Shown one piece after another: positions 12,001-22,734 of a stretch of 64,000 nucleotides of DNA. The notes under the pieces are model-generated. The model was given only the letters and a program-made list of their open reading frames with translations, had not been told where the DNA came from and did no database searches. Each line of letters starts with the position of its first letter. Positions within the stretch are counted from its first letter, which is position 1. This DNA comes from Flectonema sp. DT1601 (lineage: Eukaryota). The DNA is taken from NCBI GenBank assembly GCA_964019425.1, contig OZ025790.1:1-64000 (forward strand), given 5' to 3'. A program made the position numbers and the translations under genes.

Positions 12001-14098
12001 TTTGCGGGTTTGCGGGTTTGCGGGTTTGCGGGTTTGCGGGTTTGCGGGTTTGCGGGTTTGCGGGTTTGCGGGTTTGCGGGTTTGCGGGTTTGCGGGTTTG
12101 CGGGTTTGCGGGTTTGCGGGTTTGCGGGTTTGCGGGTTTGCGGGTTTGCGGGTTTGCGGGTTTGCGGGTTTGCGGGTTTGCGGGTTTGCGGGTTTGCGGG
12201 TTTGCGGGTTTGCGGGTTTGCGGGTTTGCGGGTTTGCGGGTTTGCGGGTTTGCGGGTTTGCGGGTTTGCGGGTTTGCGGGTTTGCGGGTTTGCGGGTTTG
12301 CGGGTTTGCGGGTTTGCGGGTTTGCGGGTTTGCGGGTTTGCGGGTTTGCGGGTTTGCGGGTTTGCGGGTTTGCGGGTTTGCGGGTTTGCGGGTTTGCGGG
12401 TTTGCGGGTTTGCGGGTTTGCGGGTTTGCGGGTTTGCGGGTTTGCGGGTTTGCGGGTTTGCGGGTTTGCGGGTTTGCGGGTTTGCGGGTTTGCGGGTTTG
12501 CGGGTTTGCGGGTTTGCGGGTTTGCGGGTTTGCGGGTTTGCGGGTTTGCGGGTTTGCGGGTTTGCGGGTTTGCGGGTTTGCGGGTTTGCGGGTTTGCGGG
12601 TTTGCGGGTTTGCGGGTTTGCGGGTTTGCGGGTTTGCGGGTTTGCGGGTTTGCGGGTTTGCGGGTTTGCGGGTTTGCGGGTTTGCGGGTTTGCGGGTTTG
12701 CGGGTTTGCGGGTTTGCGGGTTTGCGGGTTTGCGGGTTTGCGGGTTTGCGGGTTTGCGGGTTTGCGGGTTTGCGGGTTTGCGGGTTTGCGGGTTTGCGGG
12801 TTTGCGGGTTTGCGGGTTTGCGGGTTTGCGGGTTTGCGGGTTTGCGGGTTTGCGGGTTTGCGGGTTTGCGGGTTTGCGGGTTTGCGGGTTTGCGGGTTTG
12901 CGGGTTTGCGGGTTTGCGGGTTTGCGGGTTTGCGGGTTTGCGGGTTTGCGGGTTTGCGGGTTTGCGGGTTTGCGGGTTTGCGGGTTTGCGGGTTTGCGGG
13001 TTTGCGGGTTTGCGGGTTTGCGGGTTTGCGGGTTTGCGGGTTTGCGGGTTTGCGGGTTTGCGGGTTTGCGGGTTTGCGGGTTTGCGGGTTTGCGGGTTTG
13101 CGGGTTTGCGGGTTTGCGGGTTTGCGGGTTTGCGGGTTTGCGGGTTTGCGGGTTTGCGGGTTTGCGGGTTTGCGGGTTTGCGGGTTTGCGGGTTTGCGGG
13201 TTTGCGGGTTTGCGGGTTTGCGGGTTTGCGGGTTTGCGGGTTTGCGGGTTTGCGGGTTTGCGGGTTTGCGGGTTTGCGGGTTTGCGGGTTTGCGGGTTTG
13301 CGGGTTTGCGGGTTTGCGGGTTTGCGGGTTTGCGGGTTTGCGGGTTTGCGGGTTTGCGGGTTTGCGGGTTTGCGGGTTTGCGGGTTTGCGGGTTTGCGGG
13401 TTTGCGGGTTTGCGGGTTTGCGGGTTTGCGGGTTTGCGGGTTTGCGGGTTTGCGGGTTTGCGGGTTTGCGGGTTTGCGGGTTTGCGGGTTTGCGGGTTTG
13501 CGGGTTTGCGGGTTTGCGGGTTTGCGGGTTTGCGGGTTTGCGGGTTTGCGGGTTTGCGGGTTTGCGGGTTTGCGGGTTTGCGGGTTTGCGGGTTTGCGGG
13601 TTTGCGGGTTTGCGGGTTTGCGGGTTTGCGGGTTTGCGGGTTTGCGGGTTTGCGGGTTTGCGGGTTTGCGGGTTTGCGGGTTTGCGGGTTTGCGGGTTTG
13701 CGGGTTTGCGGGTTTGCGGGTTTGCGGGTTTGCGGGTTTGCGGGTTTGCGGGTTTGCGGGTTTGCGGGTTTGCGGGTTTGCGGGTTTGCGGGTTTGCGGG
13801 TTTGCGGGTTTGCGGGTTTGCGGGTTTGCGGGTTTGCGGGTTTGCGGGTTTGCGGGTTTGCGGGTTTGCGGGTTTGCGGGTTTGCGGGTTTGCGGGTTTG
13901 CGGGTTTGCGGGTTTGCGGGTTTGCGGGTTTGCGGGTTTGCGGGTTTGCGGGTTTGCGGGTTTGCGGGTTTGCGGGTTTGCGGGTTTGCGGGTTTGCGGG
14001 TTTGCGGGTTTGCGGGTTTGCGGGTTTGCGGGTTTGCGGGTTTGCGGGTTTGCGGGTTTGCGGGTTTGCGGGTTTGCGGGTTTGCGGGTTTGCGGGTT
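1..14098 (+). repeat. Homogeneous octamer tandem array (GCGGGTTT)n, about 1760 copies, running off the window start; telomere-like or satellite
   Basis: Read directly. The only variant seen is a missing G after 2764 (GTTTCGGG). The array ends at ...GCGGGTT|GTAAAAATAATG. Confidence 0.99.
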
Positions 14099-14203
14099 GT
14101 AAAAATAATGTTTGTTCAGAAAGCTTAAAAAAGAAAAGTTGTGTGCGAGCAACGCGAGCCTGGAAGGGGTATCTCTAGTGCGGGTTTGCGGGTTTGCGGG
14201 TTT
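14095..14203 (+). mobile_element. Dispersed module (A-run, GCGAGCAACGCGAGCC, TATCTCTAGT, (GCGGGTTT)3); possibly a Helitron/Helentron-derived non-autonomous element
   Basis: The same module occurs at about 17660-17767, 17827-17925 and 22423-22486. Diverged copies are at 53743-53795 (+) and 52825-52870 (-). Confidence 0.55.
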
Positions 14204-14656
14204 CTCCTATATAATTGTAAGCATTGGGGATATTTTGGGTTCTGAGGAAATCCACCAAGTCCTGGGCCAGGTACCCAGGCCAGGCCTCACCTAATTACAC
14301 ACTAATTCTTCTTTGCATTCCCGCAAGAAGTTCTGGTTCTAAGTGCAACATAAGTGTTGACTGGTGCCACGCATTACGGAAAGAAAAGTAGCGTTGCATA
14401 TTGACCTGTGGCAAGTCGGCGCTACCAAATGACAGTCTGATGATCCACGGCGGGCGTTTGCAGAAAGAAATTTGCCTTTGTCACGGAATTTTTTTTTTTT
14501 TTTTTACCACTTTTTGCGCCACTCACCTCCAAAAAAACATGAGTAAATCTTTTTTTATGGTTATCTCTTGATCTATCGGCCCCGAAAAGTCTTCACAAAT
14601 TTCTGTGAGGAGAAAAAAGTTTTGCAGTTGTTTGCCAGTCAAGACTTACGCAGCAC

Positions 14657-15150
14657 TGTAAGCTGGCCAGGCCTAGCTACTTCCGTGCTGGGAATGAGGC
14701 TTCTGTTTCTTCCTGCTGGCAGGCCTGGTGCTAAGTGCTACGTAATAGTGTCACGCATTACAGGAATGATATTGGGTTGCTCAGAAGTGCTATGTAAGCT
14801 GGCCAGGCCTAGCTACTTCCGTACTGGGAATGAGGCTTCTGCTTCTTCCTGCTGGCAGGCCTGGTGCTAAGTGCTACGTAATAGTGTCACGCATTACAGG
14901 AATAATATTAGGTTGCTCAGAAGTGCTATGTAAGCTGGCCAGGCCTAGCTACTTCCGTACTGGGAATGAGGCTTCTGTTTCTTCCTGCTGGCAGGCCTGG
15001 TGCTAAGTGCTACGTAATAGTGTCACGCATTACAGGAATAATATTAGGTTACTCAGAAGTGCTATGTAAGCGCCAGGCCTAGCTACTTCCGTACTGAGAA
15101 TGGGGCTTCTGTTTCTTCCCGCAAGCAGGCCTGGTGCTAAGTGCTACGTA
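14657..15150. repeat. 136-bp minisatellite, about 3.6 copies
   Basis: GTAAGC(TG)GCCAGGCC recurs at 14658, 14794, 14930 and 15066. There is an internal inverted pair CCAGGCCT...AGGCCTGG. Confidence 0.95.
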
Positions 15151-15401
15151 AGTGTTGAATGGTGTCACGCATTACGGGAAGAAAGGTAGAGTGTTGCATG
15201 TTAACCTGTTGCAGGTTGGCACTACCAAATGACCTGATGACCCACGGGGGAAAAGGCTTCACAAATCCCTGAGGAGAATAGGTTTTAGAGTTTTGGTGCC
15301 AAGCTGTCTTTTTGTTATGGTTTAGACAATTTGGGTTTTAATAATTAATTCCTTTCATCTTTGCCACCTTTCTGCAATCAATGCTTATGTAGCACCCCTG
15401 A

Positions 15402-15775
15402 GCAAATTTTGGCTGCTAATTTTCTTCTTGCAAGCAAATTGTAGCTGCTGATTCCCTTCCTGCAAGCAAATTTTAGCTGCTTGTTTCTTTCTTGCAGGCA
15501 AATTTTAGCTGCTGATTCTCTTCCCGCAAGCAAATCTTAGCTGCTTATTTTCTTCCCGCAAGCAAATTTTAGCTGCTTATTTTCTTCCCGCAAGCAAATT
15601 TTAGCTGCTTATTTTCTTCCCGCAAGCAAATTTTAGCTGCTTATTTTCTTCCCGCAAGCAAATTTTAGCTGCTTATTTTCTTCCCGCAAGCAAATTTTAG
15701 CTTATTTTCTTCCCGCAAGCAAATTTTAGCTGCTTACTTTTTTCCTGCAAACAAATTTAAGCTGCCAATTTTCTT
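15402..15775. repeat. 32-bp minisatellite, about 12 copies (GCAAATTTTAGCTGCTTATTTTCTTCCCGCAA)
   Basis: Read directly. Central copies are identical and outer copies are degenerate. Confidence 0.95.
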
Positions 15776-16274
15776 CAGTAGGAAGTAAGTAAGATTTATT
15801 TTTGCCTAAGGAAGAATGCTGGATTTTTGTGCCCGAGCAGGTCTAAAAAAGATGGGTAACCATTTTCTTAAAGTATAAAATGTGATGAAAATTCTTTTTT
15901 AGTATGGTTTTGAAATTTAAGTGTATGGTTGCCAATTTAGTAGGTAGTTAAAAAGAAATTCTTCAGAAAAAATCTTTCTTTTATAATATTTTCTGAAAGA
16001 TTTATTTTTTTCTACAGATCTCCTAAAAAAGATGTGAACACATAGTTGATCTATCCAAAAGTCTTCATAAATTCCTGTTAACCATTTTCTTAAAATATAA
16101 AAAGTGACGAGAAAGAAATTTTGTTAGTAAGTGGTATGGTTTTGAAATTTAGGTGTATGGCTGCCAATTTAGTTAGCAAAAACTTTCTTTTTGAAATAAT
16201 TTTTACCTTCTTAATGAGTTTTGGGTTTTAGGTGCCAAGCTGTGAAAAAGCAATCTTTGATTTCATTTCTTTTT

Positions 16275-16470
16275 GGGTAAAGGGTCTTTCCTACACAAAT
16301 AGTTTCAGAACTAACCATTCTTTACAAAACCCAAAATGGCTGTAAACCGTCCAGTTCGACCTTGGGTGAGGGCATTTTCGTTTTTTCTTGATTCTTTTTC
16401 AGGAGGTTGGCCTTTATTAGTGGCTCCCCCCCCTTGGGGGGGTTGGGGGGGGGGGGCTGCGTTCCGCCAT
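16275..16470 (-). mobile_element. Partial copy (one end) of the MITE at 21562-22421
   Basis: Diverged reverse complement of about 22215-22421 (GGGTAAAGGGTCTTTCCTACACAAATAGTTTCAGAAC...). Confidence 0.85.
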
Positions 16471-17422
16471 CCCATAGTTCTTCCCACATTTCTATTTTAT
16501 TGGAAATAATGAACGATAACCTTATTAATATAACTAAATTCCTATATTCCCATCCCAGGGTCGCACACATTGCAGATACAGGTTCGATAAACCTGTTGTA
16601 AAATACTTCCAAATGTAACAAACAGATAACCTAAGCCACATATCCAATCATCATAAACCTAGCCGTCGTTTTCGTGCTAGCATATTAATATAACAACAAC
16701 TACAGATATCTTTCAGAAAAACAAAAACAAAGGACTTGATAAAACAGGGTGCAGTGTGCATTTTCAGCTAAGGGAGGACATTTTTCATTTGTCGTCCCAT
16801 TGGGACAGAAAAGTAATAAATAAATAAAAAATTGCGAAAAAAAAAAGAAATTGCTTATATATAACGTTTATTTATTTATTTTTATTTTTTTTTTTTTTTT
16901 CATGTTTGATTATTTCCTCTTCATATTATTTTTTTCTTTTTTTCTGCCTCTCCCTTAATCCTGTTTGTTTCTTTGAAACGAAAATTCATTTGAATATTAT
17001 TCCTTGGTCAGCATCTTTCATTGTCGCCCTTTGGGCCTGTTAAAAAAAAAGAAAAAAAAAAAAAAAGAAAGTTTACATCGGGAATAGGGCAGGAGCCAAG
17101 AGCTCCCAGTCTGTTACTTCCCACCTTTTCGAAAACTTATTTATAAATAAGAATTGCAGAAAAGTAATAATAATAAAAAGTTGCGATATCCCAGGGGCAG
17201 GCCCTCGCCCTGGGGCTGGGTGATCGCTGGTTCGACCCCCTGCCACTGCAATAACCCATCGCGCCCGTACACGCAATTAGTTCAAATCCCACGCCCGAAG
17301 GGCGTCCAGGGTAGGCACCTGGTAGACTCTCCTACGTTAAGACTGGAGGGAAGGGAAAATGGAAGGATTTCCATAAAGAGGCTAAGAACACACAAATAAA
17401 TAAATAATAAAAAAAAAGAAAA

Positions 17423-17497
17423 TCCCAGGGCTGCACAGCCGAGTGGATGCCTTAAATCTCTTCGGTAGCCGTGGCAAGGGTTCAATTCCCAGGCACA
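17423..17497 (+). pseudogene. tRNA-like remnant (A-box-like AGCCGAGTGG, B box GGTTCAATTCC, T-run terminator); second copy about 21292-21366
   Basis: Pol III box motifs followed by TTTTTT. No clean cloverleaf by eye. Confidence 0.45.
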
Positions 17498-17562
17498 TTT
17501 TTTGTGTTTTTCAACCAGAAAAATTAGTAAGAAGAAAGTAGCAAGGAAAAGGGTAAAAAATT

Positions 17563-17925
17563 GGACTTAACTTAACGCGAGTGAAGCGAGCGTAAAGTTA
17601 AGTTCAAATTTGTACCCTGGACGGGTACCTAGCCAGGGAATAAAAACAGACGAGACTTGGTTGTAAAAATAATGTTTGTTCAGAAAGCTTAAAAAAAAAA
17701 AGTCGTGTGCGAGCAACGCGAGCCTGGAAGGGGTATCTCTAGTGCGGGTTTGCGGGTTTGCGGGTTTACAAATTTGTACCCTGGATGGGGTTGTACCTAG
17801 CCAGGGAATAAAAACAGACGTGACTTGGTTGTAAAAATAATGTTTGTTCAGAAAGCTTTAAAAAAAAAATTGCGCGAGCAACGCGAGCCTGGAAGGGGTA
17901 TCTCTAGTGCGGGTTTGCAGGTTTG
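17563..17925 (+). repeat. Palindromic hairpin (AACTTAACGCGAGTGAAGCGAGCGTAAAGTT) followed by two tandem ~170-bp modules, each ending in GCGGGTTT runs
   Basis: Read directly. Confidence 0.8.
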
Positions 17926-18100
17926 CGCTTGTTATTGGTGCGTGTGAAAAAAAAAAAAATTCTTTTACTGAATAGCAAAAATGGAATTATTGGACCCCCC
18001 CAATAGCGAAAATCTCTAGATAAATTAAACACTGCCATTTGCAAGGTTTCAAAATTCCATTTAGGTAATTTGCCACCGAAACTGAGCACCAAACAAAAAC

Positions 18101-18173
18101 CGCCGTCAGCGGGTTTTGAACCCTCGACCGCCATTCCTGCAGACCGGCGTTCTATCAATTGAGCTATGTAGCC
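18101..18173 (-). pseudogene. tRNA-like (Cys-GCA-like) pseudogene, copy 1
   Basis: Minus strand reads GGCTACA-TAGCTCAATTGATAGAAC-GCCGGT-CTGCAGG-AATGGC-GGTC-GAGGGTTCAAAACCC...TTTTT. Acceptor and anticodon stems are mismatched. Confidence 0.65.
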
Positions 18174-18195
18174 ACATAATCGACATCTCTTTTTA

Positions 18196-20635
18196 TTTTT
18201 TTTTTTTTTTTGGTTACACTCGTCTGTGCTTCCAGACTCTTTGTTTTTGTTGGGGGCGTCATAGTGCAGTGGATGGGGTGGTGCCCCCACACCCAATCGG
18301 CCTCGGTTCGAACCCCGCTGTACGCACCGCGCCTCACAGCGCAATCAGTTTCCGTGTCGCATCCCCCATTGTCTCGAAAAAGTGAACGGCCACCCAGTAA
18401 GGGCAGCGCCTAAGCAATTATAGTAGTAACAAAAAGAAGGAGAAACACAGTAGTGAAACACTCAAAAAAAAAAAAAAAAAATTTTTGTTCTTTTTCACTT
18501 CTTTGTTTTGTCTTTCTTTTATACTTTCTTTTGATTTAAGTCTGACAAATTGGAAAACACGGGAAACATAGGTAGGCTCCGCCTGAGGACGTAAGAAGAG
18601 CGGCAACGGAAAAATAAATGGTCACGCGTCCTTGAAATTGGACACATGAAGCTAATTCGGTTACCATCCCTACCGTCGATAAAGAAAAACAAAGAATCGA
18701 GCATATAACTAGAGCGGTGGTCAAAGACCACTTGAACAGCCCGAAGGCCTGCCCTCAAGAGAAATTTATAAGGAGAATAGGAGAAGAAGGAGACAGGAGT
18801 GTTGGAAGAGACACTGCGACAACACCGAAGGTGATGTGCATTTACCCAACCAGGAGATGATTGATAATGATGAAAATACTAAAAAATAATAACAAATTGA
18901 TATTGGCGACTACGTGTCACCTACTTTACTTCCAAAGTCTAAGGTTAGATGTTTGTTCCATCCACCTTATGATCAGCGCGAGTGATGGAAGCCACGCCAA
19001 AGTGAAGAGAGCTTCAAGGTTAGGAATTTCGTTGGCAATAATAAGTTCTCGATCGCGATCCCACTTGCCGGTCAGTGTTGAGAAGCCCAGGATTTTGAAC
19101 CTGGCAGAGTCGAGTTTGGGAGATTGACATCCCTGCAGCAGGTGAACCTGTGAGGACGGTTCGCCACAAAATGGGCAGTCGATTTTCTTGCGCCAGTTCT
19201 GAATTAGCGGGTGACATCCTGTCCGGAAGTTCGCTATCCGTATCTCGTCGGCTCTTTCCATCCCAGGAGGGTATTTAACGGAACGGCCTCTGATGAGGTG
19301 TTTGTAGCAGGTGTAACCACTCACGTTAAGCAGATCCTTTTTGATGCAGCGCTTAACATGTGATGATCGCGAGAAGTAAGTGCCTTTGACTAGCACAGGT
19401 CGGATGTTCTTGTTGTGCGCTGCTTCCTTTGCAAGCGCGTCAACTTCATCGTGAAACTCGATTCCAATGTGTGAGGGGATGAATTGCAAATGCACTTTCA
19501 TTTCACACATGCGCAGGTATTCTAGTATCTTGAGGGACTCAGTATTCCTCTGTCTGCACCTTCCACCCAGCAGTTCATCCAGAAGGGATTTTGAGTCCGT
19601 GAATAGCCTTACAGATCTCATTGAAGGATCTTTGCTAAACACTGTTCTCAGATGTCTAGCCGCGTTCTTCAGAGCATGTTGTTCAGCCCTGTAGCTGCAG
19701 TCAGCTTGATAAAGCCTAGACGCGTAAGCAGATCGAAGGCCGCTACGCGACTTGGCAATATGAGCCGCACCGGCCGCGCCGGAAGCAGAGTAGGAGCCAT
19801 CGCAGTTGATTACCATGTCGACAGGAGGTAACGTTCCAATGTACGACATGAATTTTTCTTTGTCCACCGCAGGGTTCGCGGACTTCGGAAATCCGCAGCC
19901 GTTGCTAATCCTAAGGTTTGTCGGAGATACCCAGGGTTCCATCGAGTCAGGCTGCACAAGGCACTGGCTTTCACGCTGGCTGTCAATGCCAGGAAGGAGG
20001 CCAGCCCAGTAGCTTTGGGTTGAGGCGAGTCTGTTGGTACTAGGTATCCAAGTCATGGCTTTATACCTGTAGTACGCTATCTTGGTTTGCTTTTCAATCT
20101 GACGTTTAAAAGGAAGCATGTCCGCTTCCCACAGTAGAAGTTCTCTCGGTGTGCACCTGCTGCATCCAGTAACCAGCCTGGCAACCTTCCTCAGTTCGAA
20201 ATCAATACTATCAACGCTGTTGCTTATCAACCAACCAAAGCTATCGAGCGCATAAGAGATTCTCGCAGTTACGTAAAGGTTCTTGACCATATTTAGCGTT
20301 TTGTAGTCAAGATCATACGGTTAAAGGCATTGAAGCAGAGATATTCCCTTTTTCAGTTCTTCATGAATCTTAGCCACCTGTTTGTGGAAAGTGAGTCTGT
20401 CGTCGATGTGAACTCCGAGGTATTTCACTGAGTCCACGATTGGCAACAGAAATGCGGTTTTAAATCTGGCTTTCACCACCATCACGTTGTCTTCGAGAAC
20501 AATATTCCGCAACATCACGTTGTCAAGTTCGTCTTGCGTTTTGATCGGAGTTCCACCAACCTCGAGAATAGTTTCGCCGCTTTGAAGCATGGGTCTAGAA
20601 GAGTTTAAGTTGATACTCTTTTCAATGTCACTATA
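18196..20635 (-). mobile_element. LINE-A, 5'-truncated copy (late RT, RNase H, Cys-His finger, 3' UTR, polyA), with a premature stop at 20321
   Basis: ORFs 20321..20650 and 18926..20290 match the C-terminal part of 32370..34532. The T-run at about 18196-18211 is the tail. Confidence 0.93.
18252..18481 (+). mobile_element. tRNA-derived SINE, copy 1, inserted in the LINE-A 3' UTR
   Basis: A box TAGTGCAGTGG, B box GGTTCGAACC, polyA. TSD TTTTTGTT at 18244-18251 and 18482-18489. Confidence 0.9.
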
Positions 20636-21561
20636 GAGGACATTTTTCATTTGTCGTCCCGTTGGGACAGAAAAGTAATAAATAAATAAGAAATTGCGAA
20701 AGAAAAAAGAAATTGCTTATATATAACGTTTATTTATTTTTATTTTTTTTTTTTTTTTCATGTTTGATTATTTCCTCTTCATATTATTTTTTTTTTTTTT
20801 TTCTGCCTCTCCCTTAATCCTGTTCGTTTCTTTGAAACGAAAATTCATTTGAATATTATTCCTTGGTCAGCATCTTTCATTGTCGCCCTTTAGGCCTGTT
20901 AAAGAGAAAAAAAAAAAAAAAAAAAGAATGTTTACATCAGGAGGAATAGGGCAGGAGCCAAAAGCTCCCAGTCCGTTACTTCCCACCTTTTCGAAAACTT
21001 ATTTATAAATAAAAATTGCAGAAAAGTAATAATAATAAAAAGTTGCGATATCCCAGGGGTAGTAGTATAACCCTCGCCCTGGGGCTGGGTGATCGCTGGT
21101 TCGACCCCCTGCCACTGCAATAACCCATCACACCCATACACGCAATTAGTTCAAATCCCGCGCCCGAAGGGCGTCCAGGGTAGGCACCTGGTAGACTCTC
21201 CTACGTTAAGACTGGAGGGAAGGGAAAATGGAAGGATTTCCATAAAGAGGCTAAGAACACATAAATAAATAAATAAAAAAAAAAAAGAAAATCCCAGGGC
21301 TGCACAGCCGAGTGGATACCTTAAATCTCTTCGGTAGCCGTGGCAAGGGTTCAATTCCCAGGCACATTTTTTGTGTTTTTCAACCAGAAAAATTAGTAAG
21401 AAGAAAGTAGCAAGGAAAAGGGTACAAAATTGGACTTAACTTAACGCGAGCGTAAAGATAAGTTCAAATTTGTACCCTGGACGGGTACCTAGCCAGGGAA
21501 TAAAAACAGATGTGACTTGGTTGTAAAAATAATGTTTGTTCAGAAAGCTTTAAAAAAAAAA

Positions 21562-22421
21562 GGGCAAACTAGCGTTTACTACACAAATAGTTTCAGAACG
21601 GGCGTTTATTACAAAATCCAAAATGGCTGGGGGGCCCGAAAAACCATATACGGGATGCATCGAGACCCCCAGCTGTATTTAAGAGCGGATGTGGTTCAGA
21701 GGTGGGAGCACTGACTTTGGATACCGGACGCCCAGGCTCAATCCCGACCAACGTCATTTTTTTTTCACCGGATTTTTTCACCCCAGAACGGGGTATTAAG
21801 CTGGGAAGAGTGCAAGGGGGGGGGGGCTTGCGTTCCGCCAAGAACTTGGCGGAACGCAAGCCCCCCCCCCAACCCCCCCCAAGGGGGGGGAGCCCCTAAT
21901 AAAAGCCAACCTCTCCCGTACAAAGTCCAACCTCAAAAAACAAATTTGCTACTAATGGATATTAAGCTGGGGAAGAGTGCAAGGGGGGCTTGCGTTCCGC
22001 CAAGTTCTTGGCGGAACGCAAGCCCCCCCCCCAACCCCCCCCAAGGGGGGGGAGCCACTAATAAAAGCCAACCTCTCCCGTACAAAGTCTGCCTGTCCCG
22101 TACAAAGTCTGCCTGTCCCGTACAAAGTCCAACCTCAAAAAACAAGTTTGCTACTAATGGATGTTAGCTGGGGAAGAGTGCAAGGGGGCTTGCGTCCGCC
22201 AAATTCTTGGCGGGACGCAAGCCCCCCCCCCAACCCCCCCCAAGGGGGGGGAGCCACTAATAAAAGCCAACCTCCCCCGTACAAAGTCCAACCTGAAAAA
22301 AAAATCCAGGAAAAAAAAAAATGCCCTCACCCAGGATCGAACTGGACGGTTTACAGCCATTTTGGATTTTGTAATGAATGGCCGTTCTGAAACTATTTGT
22401 GTAGGAAAGACCCCTTTTCCC
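21562..22421. mobile_element. Non-autonomous TIR element (Mutator-like MITE)
   Basis: About 65-bp imperfect TIRs (GGG...CTACACAAATAGTTTCAGAACGG / CCGTTCTGAAACTATTTGTGTAG...CCC). The empty site near 17860 has A10 and the filled site has A10+A9, consistent with a 9-bp TSD. There are three internal GC-rich palindromic repeats. Confidence 0.85.
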
Positions 22422-22661
22422 AAAAAAAAATTGCGCGAGCAACGCGAGCCTGGAAGGGGTATCTCTAGTGCGGGTTTGCAGGTTTGCGCTTGTTATTGGT
22501 GCGTGTGAAAAAAAAAAAAATTCTTTTACTGAATAGCAAAAATGGAATTATTGGACCCCCCCAATAGCGAAAATCTCTAGATAAATTAAACACTGCCATT
22601 TGCAAGGTTTCAAAATTCCATTTAGGTAATTTGCCACCGAAACTGAGCACCAAACAAAAAC

Positions 22662-22734
22662 CGCCGTCAGCGGGTTTTGAACCCTCGACCGCCATTCCTG
22701 CAGACCGGCGTTCTATCAATTGAGCTATGTAGCC
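22662..22734 (-). pseudogene. tRNA-like (Cys-GCA-like) pseudogene, copy 2
   Basis: Matches 18101-18173. Confidence 0.65.

Larger units (their letters stand above)
16776..18195. repeat. About 1.4-kb block, copy 1, containing tRNA-like remnants and hairpin modules
   Basis: Near-identical to 20636-22756 once the MITE and one ~170-bp module are discounted. Confidence 0.9.

Noticed and set aside
1..14098. Canonical left-end telomere
   Set aside because: The G-rich strand runs inward, opposite to a natural left end, so it cannot be called a telomere from this window alone.
3..14178. Three ~4700-aa ORFs (LRVCGFAG)n
   Set aside because: They are an artefact of a stop-free 8-bp repeat. All three frames give the same peptide and there is no ATG start.
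14657..15775. CRISPR-like arrays (also 35041-35502 and 43080-43745)
   Set aside because: These are head-to-tail tandem repeats with no unique spacers and no cas genes, in a eukaryotic context.
18101..18173. Functional tRNA-Cys
   Set aside because: The acceptor and anticodon stems do not pair and the D-loop GG is missing, so it is kept only as a pseudogene-like feature.
18325..18420. HDV-like ribozyme in the SINE (GCGC-CTCACA-GCGC ... CTAA)
   Set aside because: I could not find P1/P2 pairings in the required order. A tRNA-Val anticodon origin is simpler.
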